Shown: positions 27,860 to 44,805 of the stretch, one piece after another
How positions within the stretch are numbered: the first letter of the stretch is position 1
Layout of the letters: every line of letters starts with the position of its first letter
Assembly (NCBI RefSeq): GCF_009914755.1
Contig: NC_060927.1
Strand: one strand, 5' to 3'
DNA length: 64,000 nt
Source: the human T2T-CHM13v2.0 reference genome, Homo sapiens
Notes under the pieces: generated by a model
What the model was told of the DNA's origin: nothing
Databases searched by the model: none
What the model saw: the letters and a program-made list of their open reading frames with translations, nothing else
Translations under genes and position numbers: made by a program

Positions 27860-30800
27860 TATCAAAGTACCCAAAGCATGTATTATATACTGTATATAAA
27901 ATAAGAAAGTACATTAAATATATATTTTATTCTGTACATAATATATCAAAGTACACCAGATATATATTCTATAGTGTACATAAAATAACAAAGTACAAAA
28001 ACTATAAATTATATACTGTACATAAAATATGAAATTACATCAAATATATATTAGGTACATAAAATATGAAAGTACATCAAATATAGATTATATACTGAAC
28101 ATATAATATCAATGTACCCCAAATATATATTTTATACTCTACATGAAATATCAAAGTTCAGAAACCATACATTATATACTGTACATAAAATATCAAAGTA
28201 CCCAAGGTATATATTCTATACTGTACAAAAAATATCAAAGTACCCAAAGCATGTATTATATACTGTACATAAAATATGAAAATACATCAAATATATATTT
28301 TATTCTGTACATAAAATATCAAAGTACACCAGATATATATTCTATAGTGTACATAAAATATCAAAGTACCCAAACTATACATTATATACTGTACATAAAA
28401 TATGAAATTACATCAAATATATATTAGGTACATAAAATATGAAAGTACATCAAGTATAGATTATATACTGTACATAAAATATCAATGTACCCCAAATATA
28501 TATTTTATACTCTACATGAAATATCAAAGTTCACAAACCATATATTATATACTGTACATAAAGTATCAAAGTACCCAAGGTATATATTCTATACTATACA
28601 AAAAATATCAAAGTACCCAAAGCATGTATTATACACTGTACATAAAATATGAAAGTACATCAAATATATATTTTATTCTGTACATAAAATATCAAAGTAC
28701 ACTAGATATATATTCTATAGTGTACATAAAATATCAAAATACCCAAACTATACATTATATACTGTACATAAAATACGAGATTACATCAAATATATATTAT
28801 ATTAGGTACATAAAATATGAAAGTACATCAAATATAGATTATATACTGTACATAAAATATCAAAGTACCCCGAATATATATTATATACTCTACATGAAAT
28901 ATCAAAGTTCACAAACTATATATTATATACTGTACATAAAATATCAAAGTACCCAAGGTATATATTCTATACTGTACAAAAGATATCAAAGTACCCAAAG
29001 CATGTATTATATACTGTATATAAAATATGAAAGTACATTAAATATATATTTTATTCTGTACATAAAATATCAAAGTACACCAGATATATATTCTATAGTG
29101 TACATAAAATAACAAAGTACACAAACTATAAATTATATACTGTACATAAAATATGAAATTACATCAAATATATATTAGGTACATAAAATATGAAAGTACA
29201 TCAAATATAGATTATATACTGAACATATAATATCAATGTACCCCAAATATATATTTGATACTCTACATGAAATATCAAAGTTCAGAAACCATACATTATA
29301 TACTGTACATAAAATATCAAAGTACCCAAGGTATATATTCTATACTGTACAAAAAATATCAAAGTACCCAAAGCATGTATTATATACTGTACATAATATA
29401 TGAAAGTACATCAAATATATATTTTATTCTGTACATAAAATATCAAAGTACACCAGATATATATTCTATAGTGTACATAAAATATCAAAGAACCCAAACT
29501 GTACATTATATACTGTACATAAAATATGAAATTACATCAAATATATATTAGGTACATAAAATATGAAAGTACATCAAGTATAGATTATATACTGTACATA
29601 AAATATCAAAGTACCCCAAATATATATTATATACTCTACATGAAATATCAACGTTCACAAACTATATATTATATACTGTACATAAAATATCAAAGTACCC
29701 AAGGTATATATTCTATACTGTACAAAAAATATCAAGGTACCCAAAGCATGTATTATATACTGTACATAAAATATGAAAGTACATCAAATATATATTTTAT
29801 TCTGTACATAAAATATCAAAGTACACCAGATATATATTCTATAGTGTACATAAAATAACAAAGTACACAAACTATACATTATATACTGTACATAAAATAT
29901 GAAATTACATCAAATATATATTAGGTACATAAAATATGAAAGAACATCAAACATAGATTATATACTGTACAAAAAATATCAAAGTACCCCAAATATATAT
30001 TATATACTCTACATGAAATATCAAAGTTCACAAACTATATATTATATACTGTACATAAAATATCAAAGTACCCAAGGTATATATTCTATACTGTACAAAA
30101 AATATCAAAGTACCCAAAGCATGTATTATATACTGTATATAAAATATGAAAGTACATCAAATATATATTTTATTCTGTACATAAAATATCAAAGTACACC
30201 AGATATATATTCTATAGTGTACATAAAATAACAAAGTACACAAACTATAAATTATATACTGTACATAAAATATGAAATTACATCAAATATATATTAGGTA
30301 CATAAAATCTGAAAGTACATCAAATATAGATTATATACTGTACATATAATATGAATGTACCTGAAATATATATTTTATACTCTACATGAAATATCAAAGT
30401 TCACAAACCATATATTAAATACTGTACATAAAATATCAAAGTACCCAAGGTATATATTCTATACTGTACAAAAAATATCAAAGTACCCAAAGCATGTATT
30501 ATATACTGTACATAAAATATGAAATTACATCAAATATATATTTTATTCTGTACATAAAATATCAAAGTACACCAGATATATATTCTATAGTGTACATAAA
30601 ATATCAAAGTACCCAAACTATACATTATATACTGTACATAAAATATGAAATTACATCAAATATATATTATATTAGGTACATAAAATATGAAAGTACATCA
30701 AATATAGATTATATACTGTACATTAAATACCAATGTACCCCAAATATATATTTTATACTGTACTTGAAATATCAAAGTTCACACACTATATATTATATAC

Positions 30801-32090
30801 TGTACATAAAATATCAAAGTACCCAAGGTATATATTCTATACTGTACAAAAAACATCAAAGTACCCAAAGCATGTATTATATACTGTACATAAAATATGA
30901 AAGTACATTAAAGATATATTTTATTCTGTACATAAAATATCAAAGTACACCAGATATATATTCTATAGTGTACATAAAATAACAAAGTACGCAAACTATA
31001 AATTATATACTGTACATAAAATATGAAATTACATCAAATATATATTAGGTACATAAAATATGAAAGTACATCAAATATAGATTATATACTGAACCTATAA
31101 TATCAATGTACCCCAAATATATATTTTATACTCTACATGAAATATCAAAGTTCAGAAACCATACATTATATACTGTACATAAAATATCAAAGTACCCAAG
31201 GTATATATTCTATAATGTACAAAAAATATCAAAGTACCCAAAGCATGTATTATATACTGTACATAAAATATGAAAGTACATCAAATATATATTTTATTCT
31301 GTACATAAAATATCAAAGTACACCAGATATATATTCTATAGTGTACATAAAATACCAAAGTACCCAAAGCATGTATTATATACTGTACATAAAATATGAA
31401 ATTACATCAAATATATATTAGGTACATAAAATATGAAAGTACATCAAATATAGATTATATACTGTACATAAAATATCAAAGTACCCCAAATATATATTAT
31501 ATACTCTACATGAAATATCAAATTTCACAAACTATATATTATATACTGTACATAAAATATCAAAGTACCCAAGGTATATATTCTATACTGTACAAAAAAT
31601 ATCAAAGTACCCAAAGCATGTATTATATACTGTATATAAAATATGAAAGTACATTAAAGATATATTTTATTCTGTACATAAAATATCAAAGTACACCAGA
31701 TATATATTCTATAGTGTACATAAAATAACAAAGTACACAAACTATAAATTATATACTGTACATAAAATATGAAATTACATCAAATATATATTAGGTACAT
31801 AAAATATGAAAGTACATCAAATATAGATTATATACTGTACATGTAATATCAATGTACCCCAAATATATATTTTATACTCTACATGAAATATCAAAGTTCA
31901 AAAACCATACATTATATACTGTACATAAAATATCAAAGTACCCAAGGTATATATTCTATACTGTACAAAAAATATCAAAGTACCCAAAGCATGTATTATA
32001 TACTGTACATAAAATATGAAAGTACATCAAATATATATTTTATTCTGTACATAAAATATCAAAGTACACCAGATATATATTCTATAGTGT
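27860..32090 (+). repeat. ~4.2-kb block duplicated at +16,957 (~44,820-49,050)
   Basis: ORF pairs 28143/45100, 28402/45359, 29255/46212, 29899/46856, 30494/47451, 31137/48094 and 31883/48840. Shared rare variants aaaatctgaa, atgaatgtacctg and aagtacgcaa. Confidence 0.88.
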
Positions 32091-35000
32091 ACATAAAATA
32101 ACAAAGTACACAAACTATACATTATATACTGTACATAAAATATGAAATTACATCAAATATATATTAGGTACATAAAATATGAAAGAACATCAAACATAGA
32201 TTATATACTGTACAAAAAATACCAAAGTACCCCAAATATATATTATATACTCTACATGAAATATCAAAGTTCACAAACTATATATTATATACTGTACATA
32301 AAATATCAAAGTACCCAAGGTATATATTCTATACTGTACAAAAAATATCAAAGTACCCAAAGCATGTATTATATACTGTATATAAAATATGAAAGTACAT
32401 CAAATATATATTTTATTCTGTACATAAAATATCAAAGTACACCAGATATATATTCTATAGTGTACATAAAATAACAAAGTACACAAACTATAAATTATAT
32501 ACTGTACATAAAATATGAAATTACATCAAATATATATTAGGTACATAAAATATGAAAGTACATCAAATATAGATTATATACTGTACATATAATATCAATG
32601 TACCCGAAATATATATTTTATACTCTACATGAAATATCAAAGTTCACAAACCATATATTAAATACTGTACATAAAATATCAAAGTACCCAAGGTATATAT
32701 TCTATACTGTACAAAAAATATCAAAGTACCCAAAGCATGTATTATATACTGTACATAAAATATGAAATTACATCAAATATATATTTTATTCTGTACATAA
32801 AATATCAAAGTACACCAGATATATATTCTACAGTGTACATAAAATATCAAAGTACCCAAACTATACATTATATACTGTACATAAAATATGAAATTACATC
32901 AAATATATTTTATAATAGGTACATAAAATATGAAAGTACATCAAATATAGATTATATACTGTACATTAAATACCAAAGTACCCCAAATATATATTTTATA
33001 CTGTACATGAAATATCAAAGTTCACAAACTATATATTATATACTGTACATATAATATCAAAGTACCCAAGGTATATATTCTATACTGTACAAAAAATAAC
33101 AAAGTACCAAAAGCATGTATTATATACTGTACCTAAAATATGAAAGTACATGAAATATATATTTTATTCTGTACATAAAATATCAAAGTACACCAGATAT
33201 ATATTCTATAGTGTACATAAAATATCAAAATACCCAAACTATACATTATATACTGTACATAAAATATGAAATTACATCAAATATATATTATATTAGGTAC
33301 ATAAAATATGAAAGTACATCAAATATAGATTATATACTGTACATTAAATACCAAAGTACCCCAAATATATATTTTATACTGTACGTGAAATATCAAAGTT
33401 CACAAACTATATATTATATACTGTACATAAAATATCAAAGTACCCAAGGTATATATTCTATACTGTAGAAAAAATATCAAAGTACCCAATGCATGTATTA
33501 TATACTGTACCTAAAATATGAAAGTACATCAAATATATATTTTATTCTGTACATAAAATATCAAAGTACACCAGATATATATTCTATAGTGTACATAAAA
33601 TAACAAAGTACAAAAACTATAAATTATATACTGTACATAAAATATGAAATTACACCAAATATATATTAGGTACATAAAATATGAAAGTACATCAAATATA
33701 GATTATATACTGTACATTAAATACCAAAGTACCCCAAATATATATTTTATACTGTACATGAAATATCAAAGTTCACAAACTATATATTATATACTGTACA
33801 TAAAATATCAAAGTACCCAAGGTATATATTCTATACTGTACAAAAGATATCAACGTACCCAAAGCATGTATTATATACTGTACATAAAATATGAAAGTAC
33901 ATCAAATATATATTTTATTCTGTACATAAAATATCAAAGTACACCAGATATATATTATATAGTGTACATAAAATAACAAAGTACACAAACTATACATTAT
34001 ATACTGTACATAAAATATGAAATTACATCAAATATATATTATGTACATAAAATATGAAAGTACATCAAATATAGATTATATACTGAACATATAATATCAA
34101 TGTACCCCAAATATATATTTTATACTCTATATGAAATATCAAAGTTCAGAAACCATACATTATATACTGTACATAAAATATCAAAGTACCCAAGGTATAT
34201 ATTCTATACTGTACAAAAAATATCAAAGTACCCAAAGCATGTATTATATACTGTACATAAAATATGAAAGTACATCAAATATATATTTTATTCTGTACAT
34301 AAAATATCAAAGTACACCAGATATATATTCTATAGTGTACATAAAATATCAAAGTACCCAAACTATACATTATATACTGTACATAAAATATGAAATTACA
34401 TCAAATATATATTAGGTACATAAAATATGAAAGTACATAAAATATAGATTATATACTGTACATAAAATATCAAAGTACCCCAAATATATATTATATACTC
34501 TACATGAAATATCAAATTTCACAAACTATATATTATATACTGTACATAAAATATCAAAGTACCCAAGGTATATATTCTATACTGTAAAAAAAATATCAGA
34601 GTACCCAAAGCATATATTATATACTGTATATAAAATATGAAAGTACATTAAAGATATATTTTATTCTGTACATAAAATATCAAAGTACACCAGATATATA
34701 TTCTATAGTGTACATAAAATAACAATGTACACAAACTATAAATTATATACTGTACATAAAATATGAAATTACATCAAATATATATTAGGTACATAAAATA
34801 TGAAAGTACATCAAATATAGATTATATACTGTACATGTAATATCAATGTACCCCAAATATATATTTTATACTCTACATGAAATATCAAAGTTCACAAACC
34901 ATACATTATATACTGTACATAAAATATCAAAGTACCCAAGGTATATATTCTATACTGTACAAATAATATCAAAGTACCCAAAGCATGTATTATATACTGT

Positions 35001-35269
35001 ACATAAAACATGAAAGTACATCAAATATATATTTTATTCAGTACATAAAATATCAAAGTACACCAGATATATATTCTATAGTGTACATAAAATATCAAAG
35101 TACCCAAACTATACATTATATACTGTACATAAAATATGAAATTACATCAAATATATATTAGGTACATAAAATATGAAAGTACATCAAATATAGATTATGT
35201 ACTGTACATAAAATATCAAAGTACCCCAAATATATATTATATACTCTACATGAAATATCAAAGTTCACA

Positions 35270-38200
35270 AACTATATATTATATACTGTACATTAAATAT
35301 CAAAGTACCCAAGGTATATATTCTATACTGTACAAAAAATATCAAAGTACCCAAAGGATGTATTATATACTGTACATAAAATATGAAAGTACATCAAATA
35401 TATATTTTATTCTGTACATAAAATATCAAAGTACACCAGATATATATTCTATAGTGTACATAAAATAACAAAGTACACAAACTATACATTATATACTGTA
35501 AATAAAATATGAAATTACATCAAATATATATTAGGTACATAAAATATGAAAGTACATCAAATATAGATTATATACTGTACATAAAATATCAATGTACCCC
35601 AAATATATATTTTATACTCTACATGAAATATCAAAGTTCACAAACCATATATTATATACTGTACATAAAATATGAAAGTACCCAAGGTATATATTCTATA
35701 CTATACAAAAAATATCAAAGTACCCAAAGCATGTGTTATTTACTGTACATAAAATATGAAAGTACATCAAATATATATTTTATTCTGTACATAAAATATC
35801 AAAGTACACCAGATATATATTCTATAGTGTACATAAAATATCAAAATACCCAAACTATACATTATATACTGTACATAAAATATGAGATTACATCAAATAT
35901 ATATTATATTAGGTACATAAAATATGAAAGTACATCAAATATAGATTATATACTGTGCATAAAATATCAAAGTACCCCAAATATATATTATATACTCTAC
36001 ATGAAATATCAAAGTTCAAAAACTATATATTATATACTGTACATAAAATATCAAATTACCCAAGGTATATATTCTATACTGTACAAAAAATATCAAAGTA
36101 CCCAAAGCATGTATTATATACTGTATATAAAATAAGAAAGTACATTAAATATATATTTTATTCTGTACATAATATATCAAAGTACACCAGATATATATTC
36201 TATAGTGTACATAAAATAACAAAGTACAAAAACTATAAATTATATACTGTACATAAAATATGAAATTACATCAAATATATATTAGGTACATAAAATATGA
36301 AAGTACATCAAATATAGATTATATACTGAACATATAATATCAATGTACCCCAAATATATATTTTATACTCTACATGAAATATCAAAGTTCAGAAACCATA
36401 CATTATATACTGTACATAAAATATCAAAGTACCCAAGGTATATATTCTATACTGTACAAAAAATATCAAAGTACCCAAAGCATGTATTATATACTGTACA
36501 TAAAATATGAAAATACATCAAATATATATTTTATTCTGTACATAAAATATCAAAGTACACCAGATATATATTCTATAGTGTACATAAAATATCAAAGTAC
36601 CCAAACTATACATTATATACTGTACATAAAATATGAAATTACATCAAATATATATTAGGTACATAAAATATGAAAGTACATCAAGTATAGATTATATACT
36701 GTACATAAAATATCAATGTACCCCAAATATATATTTTATACTCTACATGAAATATCAAAGTTCACAAACCATATATTATATACTGTACATAAAGTATCAA
36801 AGTACCCAAGGTATATATTCTATACTATACAAAAAATATCAAAGTACCCAAAGCATGTATTATACACTGTACATAAAATATGAAAGTACATCAAATATAT
36901 ATTTTATTCTGTACATAAAATATCAAAGTACACTAGATATATATTCTATAGTGTACATAAAATATCAAAATACCCAAACTATACATTATATACTGTACAT
37001 AAAATACGAGATTACATCAAATATATATTATATTAGGTACATAAAATATGAAAGTACATCAAATATAGATTATATACTGTACATAAAATATCAAAGTACC
37101 CCGAATATATATTATATACTCTACATGAAATATCAAAGTTCACAAACTATATATTATATACTGTACATAAAATATCAAAGTACCCAAGGTATATATTCTA
37201 TACTGTACAAAAGATATCAAAGTACCCAAAGCATGTATTATATACTGTATATAAAATATGAAAGTACATTAAATATATATTTTATTCTGTACATAAAATA
37301 TCAAAGTACACCAGATATATATTCTATAGTGTACATAAAATAACAAAGTACACAAACTATAAATTATATACTGTACATAAAATATGAAATTACATCAAAT
37401 ATATATTAGGTACATAAAATATGAAAGTACATCAAATATAGATTATATACTGAACATATAATATCAATGTACCCCAAATATATATTTGATACTCTACATG
37501 AAATATCAAAGTTCAGAAACCATACATTATATACTGTACATAAAATATCAAAGTACCCAAGGTATATATTCTATACTGTACAAAAAATATCAAAGTACCC
37601 AAAGCATGTATTATATACTGTACATAATATATGAAAGTACATCAAATATATATTTTATTCTGTACATAAAATATCAAAGTACACCAGATATATATTCTAT
37701 AGTGTACATAAAATATCAAAGAACCCAAACTGTACATTATATACTGTACATAAAATATGAAATTACATCAAATATATATTAGGTACATAAAATATGAAAG
37801 TACATCAAGTATAGATTATATACTGTACATAAAATATCAAAGTACCCCAAATATATATTATATACTCTACATGAAATATCAAAATTCACAAACTATATAT
37901 TATATACTGTACATAAAATATCAAAGTACCCAAGGTATATATTCTATACTGTACAAAAAATATCAAGGTACCCAAAGCATGTATTATATACTGTACATAA
38001 AATATGAAAGTACATCAAATATATATTTTATTCTGTACATAAAATATCAAAGTACACCAGATATATATTCTATAGTGTACATAAAATAACAAAGTACACA
38101 AACTATACATTATATACTGTACATAAAATATGAAATTACATCAAATATATATTAGGTACATAAAATATGAAAGAACATCAAACATAGATTATATACTGTA

Positions 38201-41200
38201 CAAAAAATATCAAAGTACCCCAAATATATATTATATACTCTACATGAAATATCAAAGTTCACAAACTATATATTATATACTGTACATAAAATATCAAAGT
38301 ACCCAAGGTATATATTCTATACTGTACAAAAAATATCAAAGTACCCAAAGCATGTATTATATACTGTATATAAAATATGAAAGTACATCAAATATATATT
38401 TTATTCTGTACATAAAATATCAAAGTACACCAGATATATATTCTATAGTGTACATAAAATATCAAAGTACCCAAACTATACATTATATACTATACATAAA
38501 ATATGAGATTACATCAAATATATATTATATTAGGTACATAAAATATGAAAGTACATCAAATATAGATTATATACTGTACATAAAATATCAAAGTACCCCA
38601 AATATATATTATATACTCTACATGAAATATCAAAGTTCACAAACTATTATTATATACTGTACATAAAATATCAAAGTACCCAAGTTATATATTCTATACT
38701 GTACAAAAGATATCAAAGTACCCAAATCATGTATTATATACTGTATATAAAATATGAAAGTACATTAAATATATATTTTATTCTGTACATAAAATATCAA
38801 AGTACACCAGATATATATTCTATAGTGTACATAAAATAACAAAGTACAAAAACTATAAATTATATACTGTACATAAAATATGAAATTACACCAAATATAT
38901 ATTAGGTACATAAAATATGAAAGTACATCAAATATAGATTATATACTGTACATATAATATCAATGTACCCCAAATATATATTTTATACTCTACATGAAAT
39001 ATCAAAGTTCACAAACCATATATTATATACTGTACATAAAATATCAAAGTACCCAAGGTATATATTCTATACTATTCAAAAAATATCAAAGTAACCAAAG
39101 CATGTATTATATACTGTATATAAAATATGAAAGTACATCAAATATATATTTTATTCTGTACATAAAATATCAAAGTACACCAGATATATATTCTATAGTG
39201 TACATAAAATATCAAAGTACCCAAACTATACATTACATACTGTACATAAAATATGAAATTACATCAAATATATATTATATTAGGTACATAAAATATGAAA
39301 GTACATCAAATATAGATTATATACTGTACATAAAATATCAAAGTACCCCAAATATATATTATATACTCTACATGAAATATCAAAGTTCACAAACTATATA
39401 TTATATACTGTACATAAAATAAAGTACCCAAGGTACATATTCTATACTGTACAAAAAATATCAAAGTACCCAAAGCATGTATTATATACTGTATATAAAA
39501 TATGAAATTACATCAAATATATATTTTATTCTGTACGTAAAATATCAAAGTACACCAGATATATATTCTATAGTGTACATAAAATAACAAAGTACAAAAA
39601 CTATAAATTATATACTGTACATAAAATATGAAATTACATCAAATATATATTAGGTACATAAAATATGAAAGTACATCAAATATAGATTATGTACTGTACA
39701 TTAAATACCAAAGTACCCCAAATATATATTTTATACTGTACATGAAATATCAAAGTTCACAAACTATATATTATATACTGTACATAAAATATCAAAGTAC
39801 CCAAGGTATATATTCTATACTGTACAAAAGATATCAACGTACCCAAAGCATGTATTATATACTGTACATAAAATATGAAAGTACATCAAATATATATTTT
39901 ATTCTGTACATAAAATATCAAAGTACACCAGATATATATTCTATAGTGTACATAAAATAACAAAGTACACAAACTATAAATTATATACTGTACATAAAAT
40001 ATGAAATTACATCAAATATATATTATGTACATAAAATATGAAAGTACATCAAATATAGATTATATACTGAACATATAATATCAATGTACCCCAAATATAT
40101 ATTTTATACTCTATATGAAATATCAAAGTTCAGAAACCATACATTATATACTGTACATAAAATATCAAAGTACCCAAGGTATATATTCTATACTGTACAA
40201 AAAATATCAAAGTACCCAAAGCATGTATTATATACTGTACATAAAATATGAAAGTACATCAAATATATATTTTATTCTGTACATAAAATATCAAAGTACA
40301 CCAGATATATATTCTATAGTGTACATAAAATATCAAAGTACCCAAACTATACATTATATACTGTACATAAAATATGAAATTACATCAAATATATATTAGG
40401 TACATAAAATATGAAAGTACATAAAATATAGATTATATACTGTACATAAAATATCAAAGTACCCGAAATATATATTATATACTCTACATGAAATATCAAA
40501 TTTCACAAACTATATATTATATACTGTACATAAAATATCAAAGTACCCAAGGTATATATTCTATACTGTAAAAAAAATATCAGAGTACCCAAAGCATGTA
40601 TTATATACTGTATATAAAATATGAAAGTACATTAAAGATATATTTTATTCTGTACATAAAATATCAAAGTACACCAGATATATATTCTATAGTGTACATA
40701 AAATAACAATGTACACAAACTATAAATTATATACTGTACATAAAATATGAAATTACATCAAATATATATTAGGTACATAAAATATGAAAGTACATCAAAT
40801 ATAGATTATATACTGTACATGTAATATCAATGTACCCCAAATATATATTTTATACTCTACATGAAATATCAAAGTTCACAAACCATACATTATATACTGT
40901 ACATAAAATATCAAAGTACCCAAGGTATATATTCTATACTGTACAAATAATATCAAAGTACCCAAAGCATGTATTATATACTGTACATAAAATATGAAAG
41001 TACATCAAATATATATTTTATTCAGTACATAAAATATCAAAGTACACCAGATATATATTCTATAGTGTACATAAAATATCAAAGTACCCAAACTATACAT
41101 TATATACTGTACATAAAATATGAAATTACATCAAATATATATTAGGTACATAAAATATGAAAGTACATCAAATATAGATTATATACTGTACATAAAATAT

Positions 41201-44200
41201 CAAAGTACCCCAAATATATATTATATACTCTACATGAAATATCAAATTTCACAAACTATATATTATATACTGTACATAAAATATCAAAGTACCCAAGGTA
41301 TATATTCTATACTGTACAAAAAATATCAAAGTACCCAAAGCATGTATTATATACTGTATATAAAATATGAAAGTACATTAAAGATATATTTTATTCTGTA
41401 CATAAAATATCAAAGTACACCAGATATATATTCTATAGTGTACATAAAATAACAAAGTACACAAACTATAAATTATATACTGTACATAAAATATGAAATT
41501 ACATCAAATATATATTAGGTACATAATATATGAAAGTACATCAAATATAGATTATATACTGTACATAAAATATCAATGTACCCCAAATATATATTTTATA
41601 CTCTACATGAAATATCAAAGTTCACAAACCATATATTATATACTGTACATAAAATATCAAAGTACCCAAGGCATATATTCTATACTATACAAAAAATATC
41701 AAAGTACCCAAAGCATGTATTATATACTGTACATAAAATATGAAAGTACATCAAATATATATTTTATTCTGTACATAAAATATCAAAGTACACTAGATAT
41801 ATATTCTATAGTGTACATAAAATATCAAAATACCCAAACTATACATTATATACTGTACATAAAATACGAGATTACATCAAATATATATTATATTAGGTAC
41901 ATAAAATATGAAAGTACATCAAATATAGATTATATACTGTACATAAAATATCAAAGTACCCCGAATATATATTATATACTCTACATGAAATATCAAAGTT
42001 CACAAACTATATATTATATACTGTACATAAAATATCAAAGTACCCAAGGTATATATTCTATACTGTACAAAAGATATCAAAGTACCCAAAGCATGTATTA
42101 TATACTGTATATAAAATATGAAAGTACATTAAATATATATTTTATTCTGTTCATAAAATATCAAAGTACACCAGATATATATTCTATAGTGTACATAAAA
42201 TAACAAAGTACACAAACTATAAATTATATACTGTACATAAAATATGAAATTACATCAAATATATATTAGGTACATAAAATATGAAAGTACATCAAATATA
42301 GATTATATACTGAACATATAATATCAATGTACCCCAAATATATATTTGATACTCTACATGAAATATCAAAGTTCAGAAACCATACATTATATACTGTACA
42401 TAAAATATCAAAGTACCCAAGGTATATATTCTATACTGTACAAAAAATATCAAAGTACCCAAAGCATGTATTATATACTGTACATAAAATATGAAAGTAC
42501 ATCAAATATATATTTTATTCTGTACATAAAATATCAAAGTACACCAGATATATATTCTATAGTGTACATAAAATATCAAAATACCCAAACTATACATTAT
42601 ATACTGTACATAAAATATGAAATTACATCAAATATATATTTTATTCTGTACATAAAATATCAAAGTACACCAGATATATATTCTATAGTGTACATAAAAT
42701 AACAAAGTACACAAACTATACATTATATACTGTACATAAAATATGAAATTACATCAAATATATATTATGTACATAAAATATGAAAGTACATCAAATATAG
42801 ATTATATACTGAACATATAATATCAATGTACCCCAAATATATATTTTATACTCTATATGAAATATCAAAGTTCAGAAACCATACATTAAATACTGTACAT
42901 AAAATATCAAAGTACCCAAGGTATATATTCTATACTGTACAAAAAATATCAAAGTACCCAAAGCATGTATTATATACTGTACATAAAATATGAAAGTACA
43001 TCAAATATATATTTTATTCTGTACATAAAATATCAAAGTACACCAGATATATATTCTATAGTGTACATAAAATATCAAAGTACCCAAACTATACATTATA
43101 TACTGTACATAAAATATGAAATTACATCAAATATATATTAGGTACATAAAATATGAAAGTACATAAAATATAGATTATATACTGTACATAAAATATCAAA
43201 GTACCCCAAATATATATTATATACTCTACATGAAATATCAAATTTCACAAACTATATATTATATACTGTACATAAAATATCAAAGTACCCAAGGTATATA
43301 TTCTATACTGTAAAAAAAATATCAGAGTACCCAAAGCATGTATTATATACTGTATATAAAATATGAAAGTACATTAAAGATATATTTTATTCTGTACATA
43401 AAATATCAAAGTACACCAGATATATATTCTATAGTGTACATAAAATAACAATGTACACAAACTATAAATTATATACTGTACATAAAATATGAAATTACAT
43501 CAAATATATATTAGGTACATAAAATATGAAAGTACATCAAATATAGATTATATACTGTACATGTAATATCAATGTACCCCAAATATATATTTTATACTCT
43601 ACATGAAATATCAAAGTTCACAAACCATACATTATATACTGTACATAAAATATCAAAGTACCCAAGGTATATATTCTATACTGTACAAATAATATCAAAG
43701 TACCCAAAGCATGTATTATATACTGTACATAAAACATGAAAGTACATCAAATATATATTTTATTCAGTACATAAAATATCAAAGTACACCAGATATATAT
43801 TCTATAGTGTACATAAAATATCAAAGTACCCAAACTATACATTATATACTGTACATAAAATATGAAATTACATCAAATATATATTAGGTACATAAAATAT
43901 GAAAGTACATCAAATATAGATTATGTACTGTACATAAAATATCAAAGTACCCCAAATATATATTATATACTCTACATGAAATATCAAAGTTCACAAACTA
44001 TATATTATATACTGTACATTAAATATCAAAGTACCCAAGGTATATATTCTATACTGTACAAAAAATATCAAAGTACCCAAAGGATGTATTATATACTGTA
44101 CATAAAATATGAAAGTACATCAAATATATATTTTATTCTGTACATAAAATATCAAAGTACACCAGATATATATTCTATAGTGTACATAAAATAACAAAGT

Positions 44201-44805
44201 ACACAAACTATACATTATATACTGTAAATAAAATATGAAATTACATCAAATATATATTAGGTACATAAAATATGAAAGTACATCAAATATAGATTATATA
44301 CTGTACATAAAATATCAATGTACCCCAAATATATATTTTATACTCTACATGAAATATCAAAGTTCACAAACCATATATTATATACTGTACATAAAATATC
44401 AAAGTACCCAAGGTATATATTCTATACTATACAAAAAATATCAAAGTACCCAAAGCATGTGTTATTTACTGTACATAAAATATGAAAGTACATCAAATAT
44501 ATATTTTATTCTGTACATAAAATATCAAAGTACACCAGATATATATTCTATAGTGTACATAAAATATCAAAATACCCAAACTATACATTATATACTGTAC
44601 ATAAAATATGAGATTACATCACATATATATTATATTAGGTACATAAAATATGAAAGTACATCAAATATAGATTATATACTGTGCATAAAATATCAAAGTA
44701 CCCCAAATATATATTATATACTCTACATGAAATATCAAAGTTCACAAACTATATATTATATACTGTACATAAAATATCAAATTACCCAAGGTATATATTC
44801 TATAC
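35270..44805 (+). repeat. Copy 1 of a near-identical >=9.5-kb block (copy 2 at +19,195)
   Basis: ORF pairs 35509/54704, 36633/55828, 37486/56681, 38130/57325, 38994/58189, 39628/58823, 41493/60688, 42346/61541 and 43862/63057 all differ by 19,195 and share rare variants. Confidence 0.9.
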
